Shown here piece by piece: positions 8,064 through 14,888 of a DNA stretch of 64,000 bases. The stretch is taken from positions 648 to 64,647 of the forward strand of contig CAMVMJ010000006.1 in assembly GCA_947168555.1 (NCBI GenBank). The letters are read 5' to 3'. Made by a program: the position numbers and the translations under genes. The stretch is from an uncultured Prevotellaceae bacterium. Its GTDB lineage: Bacteria > Bacteroidota > Bacteroidia > Bacteroidales > Bacteroidaceae. The notes under the pieces were generated by a model, which did not search any database, was not told where the DNA came from, and saw only the letters and a list, made by a program, of their open reading frames with translations. How positions within the stretch are numbered: the first letter of the stretch is position 1; each line of letters begins with the position of its first letter.

Positions 8064-9578
8064 TTATTTGTTCGGGTTTTCCTCGTATTTTTTCTTCCAA
8101 TAGGCTGCTTTCTGAAGATCTTTTTCTACAAGCTCGCCATTCTCGTAGCACGCTCTCAAATTGTTTTGCGCCGTAGCATTTCCTTGATTGGCAGCCTTTT
8201 CGTAAAAGTATAATGCTTTTTGATAGTCTTTCTCCACACCCCAGCCATTCTCATAGCACACACCCAAATTGCATTGCGCAGCGGCATATCCCTGATTGGC
8301 CGCTTTTTCGTACCAGTAAAATGCTTTCTGGTAGTCTTTCTCCAAGCCCACGCCATTCTGATAATAGTGACCTAAATCGTGTTGCGCTTCTGCCAATCCC
8401 AAATTGGCCGCCTTCACCAACCAAGAAATAGCTTTCTGAACGTCCTTCTCAACACCCATACCAAAAAGATATAGTCTGTATAAATTATACTGCGCGATGG
8501 GATGTCCCTGATTGGCGGCCTTTTCGTAAAAGTATAATGCTTTTTGATAGTCTTTCTCTACAACCCAACCATTCTCATAGTATATACCTAACGTACCTTG
8601 TGCTGCTGCATATCCCTGATCGGCAGACTTCACGTACCAGTTTAATGCATTTTTGAGGTCTGGGGAGGTGCCTATTCCTGCAGCATAACACTCCCCTAAG
8701 TTGAATTGAGCTTTCGCATCTCCTTTATTGGCCTGTGCGCTAAAAATCTCAAAAGCCTTCTTTCCCAAAGATTTTGCCTTTTGAAGATTCTTCTCAACCC
8801 CCCAGCCGCTTGCATAACATCCGGATAAACCCATTTGTGCTTCAGCATAACCCTGATTGGCCAAGCTTTGTAAAATTTCAACGGCCTGCAAATACGCTTG
8901 ACTTCTGAGTAAAGTGTTTGCCTTCTGATAACTTGTCTCAAAATCATCCAAAGAAATATTCAACTCTGCTGTCTCGTTCTCCTTCACCTCCACAGAAGTG
9001 CCTACATCCAAATAGCCGTCTAAGACGAGTTTCACCGTATGCTGACCGACAGGCATATCGGGAATATTGCACGGCGTGACGCCGTAATCCTTGCCGTCAA
9101 CATTAACATTCGCCCCTTTCGGTGTGGTAATTACCGAGATATTTCCTACTTTGGATTTGGACACCGGCACCAACAGAGAAAGATGCATCACATAGGTCTT
9201 GCCCTCCTCGATGGTAGTGCGCAGGTCGTAGTTGCGCAAGGGCAAATAACCGCTGCGGCTAATAGATACCCTCTTGGCATTCTTCTGGACGTATATCCAC
9301 AACAGGCCTTCATGCTCCTCCACGATGTGATTCATGTTGCCGAAGTTGAACTGATACTCACTCAGTTTGTCCCCTTCCTCTCCACTCACCTTGATGATGG
9401 CGTAGAGCGCACCGTTGCCGTCGATCTTCTTATACTGGTCACTGCGAGCGGTGAGATCAGACTGGGTTAATGCGAAATTCTTCACGTGAAACCTCAGCTG
9501 CTGTCCAAAGGCAGACATGATTCCCGTAAAGAACAGGAGTAATGTCATCAGGAAGATATGCTTAACGTGTTGCTTCAT
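8064..9578 (-). CDS. exported PEGA-domain / Sel1-repeat protein (shorter paralogue)
   Basis: ORF 8064..9617. Start set at MKQHVKHIFLMTLLLFFTG (signal peptide). Same N-module, one PEGA segment (VITTPKGANVNVDGKDYGVTPCNIPDMPVGQHTVKL), then Sel1 repeats. Confidence 0.85.
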   Translation of the reverse strand: MKQHVKHIFLMTLLLFFTGIMSAFGQQLRFHVKNFALTQSDLTARSDQYKKIDGNGALYAIIKVSGEEGDKLSEYQFNFGNMNHIVEEHEGLLWIYVQKNAKRVSISRSGYLPLRNYDLRTTIEEGKTYVMHLSLLVPVSKSKVGNISVITTPKGANVNVDGKDYGVTPCNIPDMPVGQHTVKLVLDGYLDVGTSVEVKENETAELNISLDDFETSYQKANTLLRSQAYLQAVEILQSLANQGYAEAQMGLSGCYASGWGVEKNLQKAKSLGKKAFEIFSAQANKGDAKAQFNLGECYAAGIGTSPDLKNALNWYVKSADQGYAAAQGTLGIYYENGWVVEKDYQKALYFYEKAANQGHPIAQYNLYRLYLFGMGVEKDVQKAISWLVKAANLGLAEAQHDLGHYYQNGVGLEKDYQKAFYWYEKAANQGYAAAQCNLGVCYENGWGVEKDYQKALYFYEKAANQGNATAQNNLRACYENGELVEKDLQKAAYWKKKYEENPNK

Positions 9579-9618
9579 ACGCGATAGTGTCGTCGGGGTG
9601 AATCTTTGGGTTATCAAT

Positions 9619-11259
9619 TTAATTGTTTAACAAAATCACCGTAGCCTCGCTGTTGTTCATTCCCGGCATGGTCATTCCCAAAGGCGCTCCTATGTATGTG
9701 GGGTCGCATACGACAAACTTCCTGCCGTCGCTCATAATGTAGTCTCCCTTGACGTCCGATTTAAAGCAAACCGCCGTGGCCAGGTGACCGGGATAAAAGA
9801 CCAGGATGACGTCCAAACCCAACAAGTCACGCACAAGATGCGAAAACAGGATAGAACGGTCTTCACAATCGCAATAAGGATAGTAGAGCGTCTCTTCGGC
9901 AAAAAAGGCTCTGTCACCACCCCACACCTTGTCGTCATATTCATAGACAAACGCCGTCTGCACCCAGTTCAAGAGGCGCTCCACAGCTTCTTTCTCACTC
10001 TTGGCCACAATGAATTCCTTCAGTGCGGGATACAGCGATGAAGCGACAGACTTGTCCAAAGGCGTGTTGGCATATATGGCCCATTTCGTCATGAAGTTGT
10101 GATTGATAATCGACGTGGGATACTCATTGAAGAAGTCCACGAGATTCTTATTCACCGCCACACGCACGGACATATCGGGATAACGCACGGAAGAGAGAGT
10201 TCTCTGACCGGATGTCATCTCATCGAAATCTTGCGCATTGGTTATATAAAGGGACAAGGCCTTCTCCTTCGGAAACTGCGCATTGCAGATGTTCAACGAT
10301 TGCTCGTCGCCGTTGAAGACATAGTAATCTGTCCCGTCAATGTCATAATACGGTTTGCCAAAAATAAAATGCTTCGAAGAATACAGCATTCTCAGCTTGT
10401 CGCCGGCAACGGCCAGTCGCATCTGGTATCCCGACTGGCAGAAGATGAAGGCCGTCAGCAGAGTGGCTTCATTGGTCTTTCCCAAGCAGGCCTCGGACAT
10501 GGCGCTCAGCATGTTCAGGTAAGCCCAATCGCTCAGATGCTTCGTCTGCCTCAAAGCCAGGCAATCGCGAATCGTGTTGTTGTAATCACTGCCCGACAAC
10601 TTCTCCCAGGCTTTTGCGATGCTGTTGCCGTCAAGTCCCGACAATTGGAACCTCTGTCCGTCGTTGAAGCGAACCTTCATGGAGGTGCCGTACACCGCAA
10701 ACTCATTCTGCGTCTCGTCGGCCACAGGCTGTTCGCGTATCGGAGCAACAGGTTTAGGCTGAGGCTCCGGCGCCGGAGGCGTCACAGTCTCCTTTATGGG
10801 CAAGGGGTTGTCTTGGGGGGCTTTCTTCTTCTCTTCCTCCTTAATCACCACAGGAGGCTTCTCGTCTTCTTTGGGTTGCGGCACGGCAGGCTGTGCACGG
10901 AACGATGCCCAGGCCTCCTTGACGAACTCTGCATAGTCCCGATTGACCTCGTCACGGAAATTCGAGAAATCCTTCCTCGCATTCCTGCGAAACGCCTCAA
11001 AATCCTCAAAGTCGTCCAGCATCGGATCGTCCGCACCATCCTCATTCTCTGCTTTTTCACGCGTCACGGTGGCAGGGTCGCTGGAGCGCTTTTGGGCTTT
11101 CTTCTCTTCGCCGTTTGCCTTATCCTTCACATAACGCGTATATATCTTGGATGCTTTGGATACAGATTTGCTCTGAGCGTAAAGATCTGAACAAACTCCT
11201 GCAAGGAAAGCAAGGGCAAACAATATTGCAACAATTCTATTTCCCATTTTTCTTATCAT
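9619..11259 (-). CDS. exported transglutaminase-like (Cys-His-Asp) protein with acidic/Pro-rich linker
   Basis: ORF 9619..11280; the start is ambiguous (Met at 11259 or 11247 precedes the signal peptide RIVAILFALAFLAGVCSDLYAQ). The C-terminal segment YCDCEDRSILFSHLVRDLLGLDVILVFYPGHLATAV...VVCDPTY fits a transglutaminase-core triad. Confidence 0.72.
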   Translation of the reverse strand: MIRKMGNRIVAILFALAFLAGVCSDLYAQSKSVSKASKIYTRYVKDKANGEEKKAQKRSSDPATVTREKAENEDGADDPMLDDFEDFEAFRRNARKDFSNFRDEVNRDYAEFVKEAWASFRAQPAVPQPKEDEKPPVVIKEEEKKKAPQDNPLPIKETVTPPAPEPQPKPVAPIREQPVADETQNEFAVYGTSMKVRFNDGQRFQLSGLDGNSIAKAWEKLSGSDYNNTIRDCLALRQTKHLSDWAYLNMLSAMSEACLGKTNEATLLTAFIFCQSGYQMRLAVAGDKLRMLYSSKHFIFGKPYYDIDGTDYYVFNGDEQSLNICNAQFPKEKALSLYITNAQDFDEMTSGQRTLSSVRYPDMSVRVAVNKNLVDFFNEYPTSIINHNFMTKWAIYANTPLDKSVASSLYPALKEFIVAKSEKEAVERLLNWVQTAFVYEYDDKVWGGDRAFFAEETLYYPYCDCEDRSILFSHLVRDLLGLDVILVFYPGHLATAVCFKSDVKGDYIMSDGRKFVVCDPTYIGAPLGMTMPGMNNSEATVILLNN

Positions 11260-12421
11260 ACAAAACAACAATAACTTCATCGTATATGCATCGGGCCAGA
11301 ATCAGGAAAGCCATTGCAGACAATGCCAGACCCATGTTCAAAGTGACATCGTAGGTGTAAAACAAAACAAAGGCCATCCACATCCAGAAGCTGATGAAGA
11401 AAAACATCATATATCCCTTCGTAAACGATGCAGACAAAACGACACGGAAAAACGTGATGCGTCGATGCTGCGCCCAATACGCATAAATGCTGAGCATCAT
11501 CTGTGTCAACAGCACCATCAGGAAGGAAATCGCAACCGTGGCCCATCTGTTGACCTCACGTATTTCGTTCTTTCGCAGAACCGTCTCGACAGCGTATGCC
11601 AGCAACTCCACCCCGGCCATCTTGCCCAGCGGCGTGTAGTGTCTGTCATTCTCTTCCTTAATGGCGCCAAAGAGCACCAACTTGTCCTTAATGCACTCCG
11701 GATGCAATGCTATGGAATCAGGAGACAATATGCGATATTTGCGCGGAATAAAATTGATATTGACAACGTCCGGAGTCACCTCACCCACCTTATGCCCTTC
11801 GTACATGGCCACGGTTTGGGTGATGAACGACGGCACGAGCTTCCCCTCCGCCTTTTCTCCAAGACTCAGCTGGCGTTTGATTCCTCCATAGAGGTTCCGC
11901 GGCATATTGGTGTAGCCTTCCGTTACAGCACCCTCATCCTGCGCAAAGAAGGAATGTACGGTGATGGCATGGCCTATGGAATCGTTTTCGTAATCGAGCA
12001 ACTTATAGGAAAACACGAGGTTTTTGTGCGTCAAGGCCACCTCGGCAATCATCTCGTCGCCGACGGAGTCTTCTTTCAAGCCCTCAAAAACAACATCGAT
12101 GCCTATCACACGCGGCTGACACTGCTCTATCGCCTCCAATGCCGCTGCCAACTCGCGTCGGGTGTACAGATCCGACATATCCACAATCGTCACCACATCA
12201 CTGGTGTCAGCTTCGTCCGTATCCTGCAGGATATGGTAGTACACATCCGTCATCTTGTAGTCCTTTATCGTTTCTGCTATCGGGCTCATGAAAGGCATCT
12301 GATAGGCCGAGAAGGCAAACACCGCCACAAGCAGGAAGGCAAGGACCGTGACGATGAGATGTCGTAGTAGAGACCTCACCAGGAAATACTTCTGCGGGAA
12401 GAAATGCTTAACGTGTTGCAT
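11237..12421 (-). CDS. CHASE2 domain membrane protein without output domain
   Basis: 394 aa. N-terminal TM helix, then the CHASE2 pattern (VVTIVDMSDL...PRVIGIDVVFEG...LVPSF), then 3-4 C-terminal TM helices ending the protein. No kinase, cyclase or caspase domain follows. Confidence 0.78.
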   Translation of the reverse strand: MQHVKHFFPQKYFLVRSLLRHLIVTVLAFLLVAVFAFSAYQMPFMSPIAETIKDYKMTDVYYHILQDTDEADTSDVVTIVDMSDLYTRRELAAALEAIEQCQPRVIGIDVVFEGLKEDSVGDEMIAEVALTHKNLVFSYKLLDYENDSIGHAITVHSFFAQDEGAVTEGYTNMPRNLYGGIKRQLSLGEKAEGKLVPSFITQTVAMYEGHKVGEVTPDVVNINFIPRKYRILSPDSIALHPECIKDKLVLFGAIKEENDRHYTPLGKMAGVELLAYAVETVLRKNEIREVNRWATVAISFLMVLLTQMMLSIYAYWAQHRRITFFRVVLSASFTKGYMMFFFISFWMWMAFVLFYTYDVTLNMGLALSAMAFLILARCIYDEVIVVLYDKKNGK

Positions 12422-12433
12422 TGTGCGTGACGG

Positions 12434-13270
12434 TTAATCCCGAGGCTTTACGGTGATGAGAGTGAAAGACTCCTGAAGCTCATGATTGTAGGACATCACG
12501 TGACTCAGCCACTTCCGGTAGTCCTTGATACTCATCTCCTCCGGGACATCCTTGTTGATAAAGTTCACCGGCGAAAACAAGACATGGACCAAGTTGACTT
12601 CCTGCTCCACACATGTGGTATAAAATCGGTTGCCGGGAGTGTCAAAAAACACGTTGCGAATCCCTTGCGCCACATGAAAGGCGCTGCCGTCCTCCCCCTG
12701 ATAAGGCAGCAAGCGAGTCACCTTGCCCGGCTCTTCAAAGAATACTGCCACATAGCCCTCTGTCCAAGACTTGAAAGACATATAGAACCTGTCGCTGTTG
12801 CTCTGATACCTGCTACCATGAAAATTGCCTCCGTTGTCGAAGCGGTCTTCTGTGCCATTGCACAACACATGATACTCGAATTGAGCCGGTACTTTTTCTA
12901 TCGGACGGGCCATAAAATCTACACGGACCCGCACAAATTGAAGATTATCCTGAAAGGTCACTTCACATTGCGGCTCCTCCTTGTCCTTCACCCACTGTCC
13001 GCGCACAACCGACTGCGAAAGCTGGTAGAATTTAGTCGGCTGACTGGTAGTCATTTCCAAGAACGACTGCGCGCTGATGAAGGTGCCCAGCTTATCTCCT
13101 ATCGCCCTCTGCACGGCAGCAGCCTTGCTCTCTTCTATCGCCTGAGTGCGAGGCACATCCTGAGAGAACGAGAAGACATACTCTCCCGTGCACCTCACCA
13201 GATTATCCTTAGCGGATGCACTGGTGAGGCAGAGAGAGAGTAACCATATGAAAAGCAATCTCAGAGACAT
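12434..13270 (-). CDS. exported LPP20-like + DUF4384-like protein
   Basis: 278 aa. Signal peptide MSLRLLFIWLLSLCLTSASA. LPP20-like helix (RTQAIEESKAAAVQRAIGDKLG). The C-terminal segment DRFYMSFKSWTEGYVAVFFEEPGKVTRLLPYQG fits the DUF4384 pattern. Confidence 0.7.
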   Translation of the reverse strand: MSLRLLFIWLLSLCLTSASAKDNLVRCTGEYVFSFSQDVPRTQAIEESKAAAVQRAIGDKLGTFISAQSFLEMTTSQPTKFYQLSQSVVRGQWVKDKEEPQCEVTFQDNLQFVRVRVDFMARPIEKVPAQFEYHVLCNGTEDRFDNGGNFHGSRYQSNSDRFYMSFKSWTEGYVAVFFEEPGKVTRLLPYQGEDGSAFHVAQGIRNVFFDTPGNRFYTTCVEQEVNLVHVLFSPVNFINKDVPEEMSIKDYRKWLSHVMSYNHELQESFTLITVKPRD

Positions 13271-13277
13271 TAAATTA

Positions 13278-14075
13278 TTATCTTACAACAGGGCGAATGC
13301 GATTAGCCCCATATCTGTCTAATATTCTACCAGATTCATCCATGATGTCGTAATTTGACCCTAAAACCTGATAGATTTGAGCCCTTACAAATATTGCATT
13401 GGAACCACTCATCCAAATTCGTCCTTTTATGTTGTTCATATAAACCTCATTACTTGTAATAGACGTATTGTTAGCAGGTGTTTGATCATCCTCACTACAC
13501 ATACGCCAACCCTCCCCCCACGAAGTGAAGCTCTCATATCTACCATAGTAATCACCCTCTCCTGATGGACTAGAGGCCCCTGCTGCACATGTTGACCACT
13601 TGGTGCCTGCGAGTGTCACATAGGCATGACCATTGATATATCCTGTTGGTTTGCTCAATTGGTAGAACAATACCGAATAATTATCCGACCCGCCTTTAAT
13701 CGTAACAGTCCCTTTATGATATCCTCCAGTGTTCTTTGGGATGGTAAGGGTAAGTTTATGGGTAGTATTGTTAAGGTTTACGGACATCCAGTCTGGGCTA
13801 CTTACTAAGGAGTAACTCATTGCACTTTCCAACTTATAGGCAATCTTTACTGCATCGTAATCAAAACAAATATCTTTATTAACACCCGTGAAATACCCTG
13901 CTTCTATTACAGGATCGGGGTCAGGATCGGGGTCGGGATCTACAGGATCTACAGGATCTACAGGAATATATCTTCTTCCTAGCAGCTCCGCCTGTAATTC
14001 TTCTGTAAAATCTTGACAGGAGGACAGGGCAAACAATACACTAATAATGCCTAAGAAAAATATTTTCGCTTTCAT
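13278..14075 (-). CDS. lipoprotein with Pro/Asp linker, BACON-like domain and degenerate FISUMP/DUF1566-like C-terminus
   Basis: 265 aa. Lipobox LFALSSC. Linker PVDPVDPVDPDPDPDPV. BACON-like segment SSPDWMSVNLNNTTHKLTLTIPKNTGGYHKGTVTIKGGSD. C-terminus GEGWRMCSEDD...IRPVVR. Confidence 0.65.
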   Translation of the reverse strand: MKAKIFFLGIISVLFALSSCQDFTEELQAELLGRRYIPVDPVDPVDPDPDPDPDPVIEAGYFTGVNKDICFDYDAVKIAYKLESAMSYSLVSSPDWMSVNLNNTTHKLTLTIPKNTGGYHKGTVTIKGGSDNYSVLFYQLSKPTGYINGHAYVTLAGTKWSTCAAGASSPSGEGDYYGRYESFTSWGEGWRMCSEDDQTPANNTSITSNEVYMNNIKGRIWMSGSNAIFVRAQIYQVLGSNYDIMDESGRILDRYGANRIRPVVR

Positions 14076-14111
14076 AATATTTCTTTATTCTATTGTTTAC
14101 AAACCGATTTC

Positions 14112-14855
14112 TTAAAATTTAACACCGAAAGTCAAGTACATACCATAGTGATGGAAAGCCGACAAAGAAGAGTTCTCCTCATTAGACGACAAACCACCAA
14201 TAAGAGTATAACTTGTGAAGTAGCCGTAGATGCCGGCGTTGTCATATACATATTTCTCCACCCCCATCTCCTGGGATGTTATACTATAATACCCACTAAG
14301 TCCGATGACAAAACGCTTGATTTCGAACGCCAAATCCAAATAAGGTCCGATGATGAAACTGTTTTTCTCTCTAAAAACGGCCATTACTCCACTACCTAAA
14401 TTATCACTGTATGAAGAGGTCCACTCCTCAACATATCCGGGTGGAATAATTCCGCCAAAACCTAAATAATCTTTGCCGGAAGAAGAGATAAGATAACCAA
14501 GGGTCGGGCCAATTTTCGGAACGAAGAAGATACCATTACCCATCCTCACTCTATAGCCGAAAAGCAGGGGAACAGATATCACGTGATCCATGTGTAGATC
14601 AGTAGTAAATCCACTCACCTCATATTGTAATGTGGGTGCCAAAACAAATTGTTTCTTTGAGCCAACACAGATATTAGGTTGAAACATCACAGTTGCACCC
14701 GGATCAGGTCCAAGAATAGCCCCGTTAAGTTTCTTTGGAGCATCAAAACCACTCGCCAAACCTCCACCGATACGGGCGTTAAAGTAATACGTGGTTTTAG
14801 CACCGGCAGTAACAGCACAAAACACACAAAACAAAATTGAAAAGATTTTTTTCAT
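14112..14855 (-). CDS. outer-membrane beta-barrel protein
   Basis: 247 aa. Has a signal peptide, alternating aromatic/Gly beta-strand pattern and a terminal ...YLTFGVKF with C-terminal Phe. Confidence 0.7.
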   Translation of the reverse strand: MKKIFSILFCVFCAVTAGAKTTYYFNARIGGGLASGFDAPKKLNGAILGPDPGATVMFQPNICVGSKKQFVLAPTLQYEVSGFTTDLHMDHVISVPLLFGYRVRMGNGIFFVPKIGPTLGYLISSSGKDYLGFGGIIPPGYVEEWTSSYSDNLGSGVMAVFREKNSFIIGPYLDLAFEIKRFVIGLSGYYSITSQEMGVEKYVYDNAGIYGYFTSYTLIGGLSSNEENSSLSAFHHYGMYLTFGVKF

Positions 14856-14888
14856 AACTATGTTTTTTTATAATATTTTTTATAATAT

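Noticed and set aside
5768-9578. Regularly spaced DNA repeats that could be mistaken for a CRISPR-like or other non-coding array.
   Set aside because: The repeats are in-frame Sel1 units (36 aa, 108 nt) inside two long ORFs with signal peptides. There is no leader or spacer architecture and there are no cas genes.
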